Program-made: the position numbers and the translations under genes
Shown: in pieces, positions 16,765 to 26,669 of the stretch
How positions within the stretch are numbered: position 1 is the stretch's first letter
Layout of the letters: each line of letters begins with the position of its first letter
Assembly (NCBI GenBank): GCA_963677595.1
Contig: OY782041.1
Location: 2,368,001 to 2,432,000 of the forward strand
Source: Spirochaetia bacterium
GTDB lineage: Bacteria; Spirochaetota; Spirochaetia; CAKZLE01
DNA length: 64,000 nt
Direction: 5' to 3'
Notes under the pieces: model-generated
What the model was told of the DNA's origin: nothing
What the model saw: the letters and a program-made list of their open reading frames with translations, nothing else
Database searches by the model: none

Positions 16765-18821
16765 TAGGAGCAGCAACCCAAAGAGTGGGTAATATCGTTG
16801 AACTCCTGGGGCAGCCCTGGGAGTACAAAGAAGAGACCGTAATACCTCCAGAGATGCAATTATCTCAAGCAATCCAGGATGCAGGACTTCATGCACCCGG
16901 CGGGATCACTTTCAATGGTGAAATCCACCGGTTTTCAGCGGACGGGTCTCGATCAGATCTTTCCGGCTGGTATGTTGCCTTCTCTGACGGAATCCCTGCA
17001 GGAGCGTTCGGGACCTGGAAGGACGAGAAGAAACACCAGTGGCGGGCTGATATAGGCCGGGAACTCACTGCAGTGGAATCGATGAAGGTTGCAGAACGGT
17101 TGAGAATAGCAGCGGAGATCAGGGACAAACAACGGGAACAAAAGCATCAGGAAACTGCAGAAAGCTGCCAGCACCTCTGGGAAGCAGGAGAGCCAGCACC
17201 GGATGATCACCCATATCTGATAAGGAAACAGGTGAAATCACATGGGATCAAGCTCTCCAAGGATGGACGGCTCATGCTGCCTCTATTCACAGCAGACGGT
17301 GAGCTCTCGACCCTGCAGTACATCGCAGAGTCGGGAAAGAAGCTGTTTCACTCAGGAGGGAAGGCTGGAGGCTGTTTCTGGTGGCTGGGAAATCTTGAGA
17401 ATGGGAAACGGGTTTATATCGCAGAAGGCTATGCAACAGCTGCCAGTATCCACGAGGTTACCGGTGAGCCGGTTGTTATCGCCTACAATGCGAAGAACCT
17501 GATCCCGGTGACCTCTTTGATCAGGACCAAGCTCCCGACACGAGAGCTCATTATTGTTGCCGACAACGATGAATCTGGGACCGGGAAGAAATGTGCTGAA
17601 GAGGCTGCAGAGAAGTCAGGAGCTGAAGTGATCATGCCGCCGGAGACTGGGGATGCGAATGACTTTCTGCTTTCTGGGGGAGATCTCAAAGAGCTGCTAC
17701 AGCCTAAAGTCCCATCCTGGTTGGTGTATGCGGATGAATTCTCTCAGCATCCATCCCCACTGAAATGGCTGGTACGAAGGTGGCTGCAGGAAGATGCCAT
17801 GATCATGATTCATGGGCCTTCGGGATCGGGCAAGACCTTTGTGGTCCTCGACTGGTGTCTCCATATCGCTTCAGAGAAAACTCATTGGCTCGGGCAGAAA
17901 GTGCAGAGCGGCCATGTGGTGTATCTGGCTGGAGAAGGCCATTACGGACTTCGTAGCCGTATCGCTGCCTGGAAGCAGTATCATCGGATCGAGCACCTTG
18001 ATATGACGCTCTCAGTGGGGGCGGTGGATCTCAATACTGTAGAAGGCTTGAGCAAGACGGTAAGCAATATACATTCCCTGGAGATCCAGCCGAAGCTGAT
18101 CGTGGTAGATACCCTCCATCGGTTTTTTGCAGGGGATGAGAACAGTGCCCAGGATGCGAAATCGATGCTGGATGCCTGTGCCCATCTGATGGGGGAATTC
18201 TCCTGCTCAGTAGCACTGGTCCACCATACCGGGGTGAACTCGGAAGCACAGCACCGAGCCCGAGGATCTTCAGCCTGGAGAGCTGCCATGGATGTCGATA
18301 TCTCTATAGAGCCGGGAGGAGCGAACACTCCGATCACCATCTCCCAGAAGAAGGTGAAGGATGCAGAAATGACTGAAGAGATCCATGTGGAACTGGAAGA
18401 GGTGCAGCTCCCCTGGTTGGATGAGGATGGTATGCAGGTATCGAGTGCTGTGGTTACCGAAGGAATACCCCGAGCCCAGCAGCAGAGGGACAGCAAGCAG
18501 CAGGAGCGGGTCAACGATATGATCCAGGCCTGGTTGAATTCAGGTGCAGAGGATATTGATGGCTTGCCCTATATCACCAAGTCGGCTTGGAAGGATTATA
18601 TCAAGGGGATAAATCCAGAGATCAAGGAAGGGAACCTGAGCCAGAAATTCAAGGCTTCCGATCCAAGGTCGATGGTCAGTCGGTTGATGGGCGAAGGATT
18701 AATCCAGGAATACCAGGCCGGCTACCTGATTATCGAGGGAGAAACCTCTTCGATCATGATGCTGACAAGGCTCGGTAGTAGCGGTAGTTCTACGGTAACA
18801 CTACCAAAGACTACCCGGTAG
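16761..18821 (+). CDS. Primase-helicase (TOPRIM + RepA/AAA_25-type helicase)
   Basis: IAEGYATA, ADND, DAND; Walker A GPSGSGKT; IVVDT; VHH; RGSSA. Confidence 0.9.
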   Translation: MIGAATQRVGNIVELLGQPWEYKEETVIPPEMQLSQAIQDAGLHAPGGITFNGEIHRFSADGSRSDLSGWYVAFSDGIPAGAFGTWKDEKKHQWRADIGRELTAVESMKVAERLRIAAEIRDKQREQKHQETAESCQHLWEAGEPAPDDHPYLIRKQVKSHGIKLSKDGRLMLPLFTADGELSTLQYIAESGKKLFHSGGKAGGCFWWLGNLENGKRVYIAEGYATAASIHEVTGEPVVIAYNAKNLIPVTSLIRTKLPTRELIIVADNDESGTGKKCAEEAAEKSGAEVIMPPETGDANDFLLSGGDLKELLQPKVPSWLVYADEFSQHPSPLKWLVRRWLQEDAMIMIHGPSGSGKTFVVLDWCLHIASEKTHWLGQKVQSGHVVYLAGEGHYGLRSRIAAWKQYHRIEHLDMTLSVGAVDLNTVEGLSKTVSNIHSLEIQPKLIVVDTLHRFFAGDENSAQDAKSMLDACAHLMGEFSCSVALVHHTGVNSEAQHRARGSSAWRAAMDVDISIEPGGANTPITISQKKVKDAEMTEEIHVELEEVQLPWLDEDGMQVSSAVVTEGIPRAQQQRDSKQQERVNDMIQAWLNSGAEDIDGLPYITKSAWKDYIKGINPEIKEGNLSQKFKASDPRSMVSRLMGEGLIQEYQAGYLIIEGETSSIMMLTRLGSSGSSTVTLPKTTR

Positions 18822-18933
18822 TAGTCGGTAGTATACCGGTAGTAACGGAAACTACTACCAGGGGGGCAAAGGTGGTCAGTATCGGTAGTAACGGTAGTAG
18901 TACCCTTTAGGGTACTACCGTACTACCACTACC
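18774..18933. repeat. GGTAGT iteron cluster, putative replication origin
   Basis: 7 forward GGTAGT and 6 inverted ACTACC copies in 160 bp, plus palindrome GTAGTACCCT-TT-AGGGTACTAC (18897..18918). Confidence 0.8.
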
Positions 18934-18974
18934 AGCGGGACCGGATTTACTGAGGATTTGAAGGAAGAAAGAGA

Positions 18975-19334
18975 ATGAAGAGAAATACAGAGGCAAAGAT
19001 CCAGGCCGAGATCGTGGAGTACTTATCGGGGCAGGGGATCTTCTGTCACTCGGTTCCTAATGAGGGAGCCGGGACTGATAAGCTGCGGACGATGCGGATG
19101 ATCACGATGGGGTTAAGGCCTGGGACTGCCGACCTAGTGGTGTGGTTCCCTCATAGGGTTATCGGCTACCTGGAGGTGAAGACTGAGACCGGGCAGCTCT
19201 CCGATAACCAGCGACGGTTCAAGAAACGGTGTGAGGAGAACGGGGTGTTCTATGCTGTGGTGAGGAGTGTGGAGGATGTGCGGCAGATCCTCATGGATCA
19301 GAGAAGTATTGAAGATGGAGGAGAAGAGGCTTAA
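18975..19334 (+). CDS. VRR-NUC domain nuclease
   Basis: TEAKIQ, GTADL...YLEVK...LSDNQ, VVRSVED. Confidence 0.88.
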   Translation: MKRNTEAKIQAEIVEYLSGQGIFCHSVPNEGAGTDKLRTMRMITMGLRPGTADLVVWFPHRVIGYLEVKTETGQLSDNQRRFKKRCEENGVFYAVVRSVEDVRQILMDQRSIEDGGEEA

Positions 19335-19537
19335 TGGCGAATCATAGAAAGATCATAGCGATCACGACCTACTCGATAAAGATATTCGATTCAGTGGCTG
19401 AGGTGTGCAGCACCTACGGACTGACCTATGCAAAGCTTAAGAAGCTCATAGAGACCGGGCAGACGCTTGAGGATGGAATGACCACCTTCGATGACCTGCT
19501 GGAGGATGGGGATTATGGGGAGCAGAGATGCGGTTGA
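19334..19537 (+). CDS. Small phage protein, possible HTH
   Basis: 67 aa, TAATG coupling, FDSVAEVCSTYGL. Confidence 0.55.
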   Translation: MANHRKIIAITTYSIKIFDSVAEVCSTYGLTYAKLKKLIETGQTLEDGMTTFDDLLEDGDYGEQRCG

Positions 19538-19797
19538 GAATGAGAGATAGTATAGGGGTGGATGGAGGTTGCTCAATGTTGAGAAGAATGAGGTCTGATG
19601 GGATGTCCGGTGAGTATATGTCCGGTGAGACAGAGGTGATAGGGGTGACCAGAGGTGGCTCTATGTCGAGAGGCGTAGGTTCTTCTGGGGATTTGGGGGA
19701 ATATCGGGTGGTCGTGCGCCCGGGCATTTGTATCTGCGGTCCTTCAAAATTTGTAAATCGATTTGGTGGCAGATGGTGTTGATGGGGGTAGGTAGAG

Positions 19798-20358
19798 ATG
19801 AGTAAGAAGATTGAGATCATCCCCAAGGCAGAGTTCGCCCGCCGCCTCGATATTTCCCGGAGTGCCGTCTCCAATGCCATCGCCCGGGGAAATATTTTTG
19901 GAGAGGCGATCACTGAGGAGGGAAAGCTGGTCTTCGAGATTGCCAAGCGGCAGTTTGAGTTCAACCGGACCGAGCGAGGTAGGAAGAAGAAATCTGAGAC
20001 GGTCTCGCAGAAGTTCAAAGGATCTCCTTCCTCGACCGATGAAGAGTTTACCGACTGGGCCCGGAAGAAGGCGATCGCCCAGGCGAAGAAAGCTGAGTAT
20101 GTTGCCCTGCAGGCAGAGCTGGAATATCGGAAAGATTCCGGGGAACTGATCGAGCGGAAGCTGGCGGTGGGGATCTCCTACCAGATAGCAAAGCATCTGA
20201 CCGACTCCCTGAGGAACTTGCCGGATCGTCTGGCCCAGAAGACCCATGCAGCTTATCAGGCTGGCGGCAATGAAGAAGATACGAGAGAGACGATGAGACT
20301 GGAGATCGACACGATACTCCATACTCTTTCAGAAGAGGTGAAGCAATTTGAAATCTGA
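19798..20358 (+). CDS. Terminase small subunit (Nu1-like)
   Basis: N-terminal winged HTH (AEFARRLDISRSAVS), GELIE and LRNLPDRLA; overlaps terL. Confidence 0.82.
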   Translation: MSKKIEIIPKAEFARRLDISRSAVSNAIARGNIFGEAITEEGKLVFEIAKRQFEFNRTERGRKKKSETVSQKFKGSPSSTDEEFTDWARKKAIAQAKKAEYVALQAELEYRKDSGELIERKLAVGISYQIAKHLTDSLRNLPDRLAQKTHAAYQAGGNEEDTRETMRLEIDTILHTLSEEVKQFEI

Positions 20359-22144
20359 AACAACGATGGTCCTGAAATCCTGGGCGAGAGGACTGAAGCC
20401 TCCTGCCGATCTCACGGTCAGTCAGTGGGCTGACCGGTACCGGATACTTCCGAAGGGATCAGCTGAGCCGGGTCCCTACCGGACCGACCGGACTCCCTTC
20501 TGGAAAGAGATCATGGATGTTCTATCTGCAAACTCGAGAGTGAAGATGGTTTACATCATGAAAGCTTCCCAGATGGGGGCAACCGAAGCAGGGGTATGTA
20601 ATCCGATCGGTTATTACATTCACTATGATCCCTCGGAGATCCTGGTAGTCTGGGCCGGGGAGAAGATGGTGGACAAGAACTCCAAAACCCGTATAGACCC
20701 TATGATTACCAGCACCCCGGTCATCCGGGATGCGATCGTAAAAAAGCGAACCCTGGAGGGAGGGAATACTACCAGACTGAAGCTCTTTCCCGGCGGCAGC
20801 TTGAATATCGGGAATGCAGGATCGATCACTGACCTCATCTCCTCACCAAAAAGAATCGCAATCGGGGATGAGATTGATGAGTGGCCGGAAGATCTCAATG
20901 GGCGAGGCGATCCATGGACCTTGCTGCTGAAAAGACTCAGGACCTACCCGAACTCCAAGGCCGTTGCTATCTCCAAGCCCTCGGTCAAAGGCCGTTCAAA
21001 AGTGGAAGCTGGCTACCTTGCCGGTGATATGAGGAAGTTCTTTGTCCCCTGTCCTCATTGTGGTGTGTATCAGATTCTCATGTGGACCCAGATGAAGTGG
21101 CAGAAGAATCCTGAAGGGGGTCGGGAAGTCTGGTATGAGTGTCCTCACTGTAAGAACGAGATCAAGAACTATCACAAGGAGCTCATGCTGAAGAAAGGGG
21201 AGTGGAGACCAACCAATCCCAATACTACATCAAAGAGTATCAGAAGTTATCAGATCAGTTCTCTCTATGCTCCGGTAGGCTGGACCACTTGGGAGTCCCT
21301 AGTGGAGCAGTGGCTTGATGCCCAAGGGAATGTGAACAAGCTGATCTCTTTTATCAACGATGAACTTGCTGAGACCTGGGAAGAGAAATCAGAGCAGCAG
21401 GACTGGGAAGTCCTTCGTGGACGGAAAGAGTCCTGGCGATCAGGAGAGATCCATGAGGATATCGTGATGCTGACCGCCGGTGCTGATGTTCAGGAGAACC
21501 GGATTGAGGTGGAGGTTATTGGTTGGGGGAAGCGTTTCGAACACTGGAGTGTGGAGTATCATGTCTTCACTGCAGATCACACAACCAACTCCCTGAATGA
21601 TCGCTGCTGGGAAGAACTTGCCATGCTCATGACCAAACAGTGGATGCATCCCACCGGTGAAGTTCTCTATCTCTCAGGGATCTGCATCGATGCCGGGTAC
21701 AATACAGAGACAGTGTATCATTTCTGTAGGGGCTATCCTCAGGATCGCGTCCTCGCGATTCAGGGATCTGATCGGCTGAAGGCACCAATCTCAGGAGCGA
21801 AAGCTGTGGATCATATCGGGGGGAAGCATATGCGAAATGCCCTATTTCATTATGAAGTAGGTTCCTCCTTCCTGAAAAGCGAGCTTTTCCACTGGCTCAA
21901 GCAGAAACCACCGGAGAGGGATGATCCCTATCCTTTCGGCTGGTGTCATTTCCCAGAAGACCGGGAAGATGAGTACTTCAAGCAGCTCTGTGCAGAGGTC
22001 CTGCAGAAAACAACGCCAAAAGACAAACGTTCAAAAGTCAAATGGGAATGGGTGAAAATACGAGAAAGAAATGAAGCTTTGGATACCCACATTTATGCCA
22101 GGGCTGCGGCAACAGGAGTTGGCTATGAAAGTATTGGGTATTAG
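20348..22144 (+). CDS. Terminase large subunit, GpA family
   Basis: LTVSQWAD, KASQMGATE, GDEID, CPHC x2, GADVQ, RNEALD. Confidence 0.95.
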   Translation: MKSETTMVLKSWARGLKPPADLTVSQWADRYRILPKGSAEPGPYRTDRTPFWKEIMDVLSANSRVKMVYIMKASQMGATEAGVCNPIGYYIHYDPSEILVVWAGEKMVDKNSKTRIDPMITSTPVIRDAIVKKRTLEGGNTTRLKLFPGGSLNIGNAGSITDLISSPKRIAIGDEIDEWPEDLNGRGDPWTLLLKRLRTYPNSKAVAISKPSVKGRSKVEAGYLAGDMRKFFVPCPHCGVYQILMWTQMKWQKNPEGGREVWYECPHCKNEIKNYHKELMLKKGEWRPTNPNTTSKSIRSYQISSLYAPVGWTTWESLVEQWLDAQGNVNKLISFINDELAETWEEKSEQQDWEVLRGRKESWRSGEIHEDIVMLTAGADVQENRIEVEVIGWGKRFEHWSVEYHVFTADHTTNSLNDRCWEELAMLMTKQWMHPTGEVLYLSGICIDAGYNTETVYHFCRGYPQDRVLAIQGSDRLKAPISGAKAVDHIGGKHMRNALFHYEVGSSFLKSELFHWLKQKPPERDDPYPFGWCHFPEDREDEYFKQLCAEVLQKTTPKDKRSKVKWEWVKIRERNEALDTHIYARAAATGVGYESIGY

Positions 22145-22243
22145 AATATATTTGGCATGGAACAACGAGGAAATACAATACTCGTTTTAACATTTATGGC
22201 TTCCATATACTGTGTCTAAGCGAGGGTAATTCTGAGCAACTAT

Positions 22244-22272
22244 TTGACATAGAAATAATTCTAGTTTAGTCT
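22244..22272 (+). promoter_or_regulatory. Putative sigma70 promoter for the defence cassette
   Basis: TTGACA-17 bp-TAGTCT. Confidence 0.5.
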
Positions 22273-22468
22273 TATTTAAACAGCATTATGCATAATAATT
22301 TGTCATAAGATTCATTGATCGTTCAACCTGACAAAGATGACTTTTGGTTGTGTCATTTATTCTGCCATAGTTTAATAAAGTAGAAAGGATTATTGTTGAT
22401 TTTTTAGATACCATTCCTTTATGTTTATTGGAGTTGGATGGAAATAATAAAACAAAAGAGGTTGTGAA

Positions 22469-23572
22469 ATGAGTGCTTATCTTGAAGAGCTTCAACATGA
22501 AATCGAGCAAGAAGAGAATATTGAAGATGTATTTGAAGAGGATGTGTCGCCATCGAGATATGATATTACAAGCTATGGAATCGACTTTGATGTTGAAGGG
22601 TTGGTTAGACGAATTGCTAGGGGAGATGTTTATATCCCTGAATTTCAGAGAGAATTTGTATGGAAGATGACAGAATCATCAAGATTTGTTGAATCTTTAT
22701 TGTTAGGGTTACCAGTCCCGGGAATCTTTCTTGCGCAGGACCTCGAGACAGGGAAATTACTTGTAATTGACGGTCAGCAAAGATTATTGTCATTAAAATA
22801 CTTTTTTGATGGATACTTTAATCCAAAAATTGATGCCTCTTCAAAAAAAGTATTTAAGTTACTCAAAGTTCAAGAATCATATGAGAATAAAACTTATGAT
22901 ACATTAGAAGAGAAAGACAGGATAAATCTTGAAAATAGCGTCATTCACGCCACTGTCGTAAAACAAGAATCTCCTCCTGAGGATGATACTAGCATCTACC
23001 ATATTTTTGAGAGACTAAATAGTGGTGGAAGAAAATTAACTGCTCAAGAAATTCGTACGGCCGTTTATCATGGGACTTTCATCAATCTATTGAAGGAATT
23101 AAATGAGTATGATTCTTGGAGACGGATTTTTGGGGTAAAGAATGACCGTATGCGAGATCAGGAGTTAATATTGAGATTTTTCGCTATGTTTGAAGAAGCT
23201 GAGAACTATAAGAAACCGATGAATGAGTTCTTAAATAAATACCTACAGAAAAATCGGAATTTAAATCCTGATAGAATTGAACATTTATCAGAAATCTTTA
23301 AATCGGTTGTTGATTTATTCGCAAATGCTATTCCTTTAAAAACCTTCCGTCTTGTTAGGGCTTTAAATGTAGCTTTATTTGAATCTGCAATGGTTGGCCT
23401 TGCTTTTAGCTTGACTAGTAAAAATACTCCAGATATTGAACAAGTGCAAAAAGCGTATAATGCATTATTGGAAGATGAAAAATTTAAAGACTTAATATCT
23501 CAATCAACATCAGATGCAACAAATGTGGAAACCCGATTGAATATTGCAAAAGCTATTTTTTTAGGGGCTTAA
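22469..23572 (+). CDS. DUF262 (ParB-like/GmrSD-N) domain protein
   Basis: PEFQREFVW, SLLLGLPVP, VIDGQQRL, IFERLNSGG. Confidence 0.92.
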   Translation: MSAYLEELQHEIEQEENIEDVFEEDVSPSRYDITSYGIDFDVEGLVRRIARGDVYIPEFQREFVWKMTESSRFVESLLLGLPVPGIFLAQDLETGKLLVIDGQQRLLSLKYFFDGYFNPKIDASSKKVFKLLKVQESYENKTYDTLEEKDRINLENSVIHATVVKQESPPEDDTSIYHIFERLNSGGRKLTAQEIRTAVYHGTFINLLKELNEYDSWRRIFGVKNDRMRDQELILRFFAMFEEAENYKKPMNEFLNKYLQKNRNLNPDRIEHLSEIFKSVVDLFANAIPLKTFRLVRALNVALFESAMVGLAFSLTSKNTPDIEQVQKAYNALLEDEKFKDLISQSTSDATNVETRLNIAKAIFLGA

Positions 23573-23577
23573 TATTT

Positions 23578-24054
23578 GTGAAAAGCTTTGAACTGAACCG
23601 GCAATATTCTATTATAGAAAATCTTATAAATTCTACTTCAGCGTTTTCTGATGGTAATATTGAGTTGCAAGGCCATTGGGGGAAATACTTATGTATTCTA
23701 TCTGCTGGCTTTTTAGAAAATGCAATTAGTGAAGTTTTTAGTAATATAGTATCGGTTTCTGCAGCCCCATTCGTTTCATCGTATGCTCAAAAAAATTTAA
23801 GAAAGATTCAGAACCCTAAATCAACCAAATTCATCGAGGTGGCATATGCTTTTAAGAAGGAGTGGGGAGAAAACCTTACAATCTTTTTAGATAATGATCC
23901 AAGTATTAAGGAAGCAATTGACTCAATAATGGCGAACCGGAATTTAATTGCTCATGGGAAAACATCCTCAATTTCAGTAGCTAGAATAAAAGAATATCTA
24001 AACAAGAGTATCAAGCTGATTGAATTTGTTGAGACTCAATGGTCGAGTACCTAA
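23578..24054 (+). CDS. HEPN-domain protein (RiboL-PSP/MAE_28990-like)
   Basis: N-terminal GFLE motif and RNLIAH (R-X4-H); 5 nt downstream of the DUF262 gene. Confidence 0.85.
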   Translation: MKSFELNRQYSIIENLINSTSAFSDGNIELQGHWGKYLCILSAGFLENAISEVFSNIVSVSAAPFVSSYAQKNLRKIQNPKSTKFIEVAYAFKKEWGENLTIFLDNDPSIKEAIDSIMANRNLIAHGKTSSISVARIKEYLNKSIKLIEFVETQWSST

Positions 24055-24131
24055 GCTATCATCTTATTTATAAGATAAATAAGGTTTTCAACTTTGGGTT
24101 TTTATTTCGAAAAAAATGGAGAGTAGTTGAT

Positions 24132-25568
24132 ATGATTCCGAAAGTTTTTATTTCTTATAGTTGGACTTCCTCGGGGTATCAAGCCCAGATTCGCCAGTGG
24201 GCAGAACAGATGATGGAAGGGGAGCGTGTTGATGTTATATTAGATCAATGGGAACTTAAAGAAGGGGATGATAAATATGCTTTCATGGAGAAAATGGTAA
24301 CAGATGAATCAGTTACCCATGTACTTATATTTTCTGATTCTGAATATACAGCGAAAGCAAATAGTCGAAAGTCAGGGGTTGGTACTGAATCCCAAATTAT
24401 TTCAAATGAGATCTATTCAAAAGTAAAGCAGTCAAAATTTATTCCGATTGTTTGTGAATTTGATGATTCTAGGGAACCTTATCTTCCAGTTTTTTTAAAA
24501 TCAAGAATTTGGATAGATTTCTCAACTCCTGAAGCAGCAAATGAGAATTGGGAGCGATTGATTCGTCTCTTGTATGGGGAGCCAGCTTATGTCAAGCCAC
24601 CCCTTGGGAAGGCTCCATCTTTTCTCTCATCTAATGTTTCCGTACCAGCGAGTCCAATCACTTCAAAGTTCTTTATTTTGAAACAAGCTATTATCCAAAA
24701 GAAAAATACACTTAAATTATATCGACAAGATTTTCTTGATAGCTGTTATTCATATGCAGATGAATTGAGAATCCGTAAGAAGCCAGATGCTACAAACTGG
24801 GGTGAGAGAGTATTAGAAGACTGTGGAAAACTAAAAATTGTTCGTGATCATTTGGTCGATTGGATCATTATAGAATCTGAAGTAAATCCTTCCGAAGAGT
24901 TTGATGAGTCCGTTTTAGGAATGCTAGAGAAATTGCTTGATTTGAAATCAAGACCCTCTGAGGTGAATCAATGGAGTGATAATTGGTTTGAGGCTCAAGG
25001 AGTATTTGTATATGAGACCTTTTTATATATTGTTGCTTCCCTAATGAAAACTGAAGCATACGATACTCTTAATTTAATTCTTACGAGTCATTATTTGCTT
25101 CCTCAAACAGAGATGCGGTGGGATAATCGATTTAAAGACTTCGGCGCTTTCCTTGGGTTTTCAGGATCATTACAAATTCTAGCACCAGAAGGGAAGAAAC
25201 TTTATGCGCCTGCAGCGGAATTAATCAAACGTCAGTCTGATCGGGAAGATCTGCCTTTCTCGTTAATTATTGAAGCTGAATTGCTTGTTTTGCTAATGGC
25301 TTTTATCTCTGAAGATGTAAGTTGGTTTCCACAAACACTTCACTATGAAGGTAGAGCTTCATCCTTTCCTTTTTTTATTAAGGCCACTCAGCATAGGGGT
25401 TTTAAGAAACTAGTAAAAATAACAGGTATTGAGGATGTTAACGAGTTGCGGGAAGCCGTAAAGAAAGGTCATGAAAGAATGCAGGTTGATAAATGGACAA
25501 CATTTTTTATATATGATCGTTCATTTTGGGAGAGCATGAATTTGGATAATATGGATACTCTAAAGTAA
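24132..25568 (+). CDS. SEFIR/TIR-domain protein (putative anti-phage NADase)
   Basis: PKVFISYSW, VILDQWELKEGDD..FME, GVGTESQII, KFIPIV; GGAG RBS before 24132. Confidence 0.88.
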   Translation: MIPKVFISYSWTSSGYQAQIRQWAEQMMEGERVDVILDQWELKEGDDKYAFMEKMVTDESVTHVLIFSDSEYTAKANSRKSGVGTESQIISNEIYSKVKQSKFIPIVCEFDDSREPYLPVFLKSRIWIDFSTPEAANENWERLIRLLYGEPAYVKPPLGKAPSFLSSNVSVPASPITSKFFILKQAIIQKKNTLKLYRQDFLDSCYSYADELRIRKKPDATNWGERVLEDCGKLKIVRDHLVDWIIIESEVNPSEEFDESVLGMLEKLLDLKSRPSEVNQWSDNWFEAQGVFVYETFLYIVASLMKTEAYDTLNLILTSHYLLPQTEMRWDNRFKDFGAFLGFSGSLQILAPEGKKLYAPAAELIKRQSDREDLPFSLIIEAELLVLLMAFISEDVSWFPQTLHYEGRASSFPFFIKATQHRGFKKLVKITGIEDVNELREAVKKGHERMQVDKWTTFFIYDRSFWESMNLDNMDTLK

Positions 25569-25644
25569 TTCTTCAGCTTTGATGAAGGCCTGATCGAGTT
25601 AAGTTTATATCCATAGTTTCGGAAATGTCTGTCAGGAGGATAAG

Positions 25645-26577
25645 TTGACAAACCAAGAACTTCATGATCGAATTTCCCATAAGCCTGCAGTTCACAAATT
25701 GTTTTATGGTGCATACTTTCAAGAATCGTTGATTTTGGATGACAATGTACTTTTAGTTCCTTTAAAGGCATTCGGATTCGATTCTCAGAGTAATTATACA
25801 GCACAATATGTAATACAGATTTTAGGTGGTCATGTCGATAATGATGGTTTGAAAAATCTACAAGAGCAAGGTAAAAATGCTCTGCCGGTTTTTGCCTTAA
25901 TAGCATTTTTAGATTCTGATTCTTCACCAGAGGATCTTGAGAAGCGTGCAAATATAATTCTTGAAGCCCCTGAATTAATATTAAGCTGGTCAAGCGGTGA
26001 TGACTTTTCATTATTTGCAATTTGTACTGTCACCGAAGAAAATACATTTTTCCGTTTAACTCCACCACATTCTCGGCGAAGGAGAAGGCTCGGGTTTGGT
26101 AATACTGGGGAACAATATGCAAATCTTCTAAAAAAACTGATCGAAGCGGAAAAACAAGATGAGCATTTCTCATTTGCCCTATCTATGTTTCACGATGCTG
26201 TAAGGGAAAAGAATCCTCGGTATCAGATTGCGCGCTTCTTTTCCTGCCTTGAATGCCTTGCATACAAATTAAAAAATAAGGAACGAGAGTCAAGGAAAGC
26301 GGTAAAGTATTTGATCGGATTAGGTGATGATACCGACACAGAATATGACATCGAAGGTGTGAAATATCGATTTGATCGGATAGAGATATCGGGGAGATTA
26401 AGAGACAAACTTTATCACGGTGTTGATTTCAAAGAATCTGATCTCAATAATGAAAACAAGCATGTTTTCAAATTGTTAGAGAACTATCCTCAGATGTTAG
26501 CTGATTCATTGCATGAAGATTGCAAATTGGAAATATCTAAATGGGCAAATGGTGTCTCAAGTGGATTGGTAGAGTAG
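25645..26577 (+). CDS. Hypothetical protein with C-terminal HEPN-like motif (ApeA/MauJ-like)
   Basis: FFSCLECL followed by RDKLYH (R-X4-H); AGGAGG RBS before the TTG start. Confidence 0.6.
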   Translation: MTNQELHDRISHKPAVHKLFYGAYFQESLILDDNVLLVPLKAFGFDSQSNYTAQYVIQILGGHVDNDGLKNLQEQGKNALPVFALIAFLDSDSSPEDLEKRANIILEAPELILSWSSGDDFSLFAICTVTEENTFFRLTPPHSRRRRRLGFGNTGEQYANLLKKLIEAEKQDEHFSFALSMFHDAVREKNPRYQIARFFSCLECLAYKLKNKERESRKAVKYLIGLGDDTDTEYDIEGVKYRFDRIEISGRLRDKLYHGVDFKESDLNNENKHVFKLLENYPQMLADSLHEDCKLEISKWANGVSSGLVE

Positions 26578-26669
26578 TTTTTCAAGGTATATAAATATCA
26601 TATCCCCAACATTTCAATATTTAAAATCCTGACATTGTGACCCTCTGATGCCCTAACTACAATTGCCGT

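Noticed and set aside
19446-20018. ORFs 19528..19782 (+) and 19446..20018 (-)
   Set aside because: Low-complexity translations of the G-rich putative cos region or antisense to terS.
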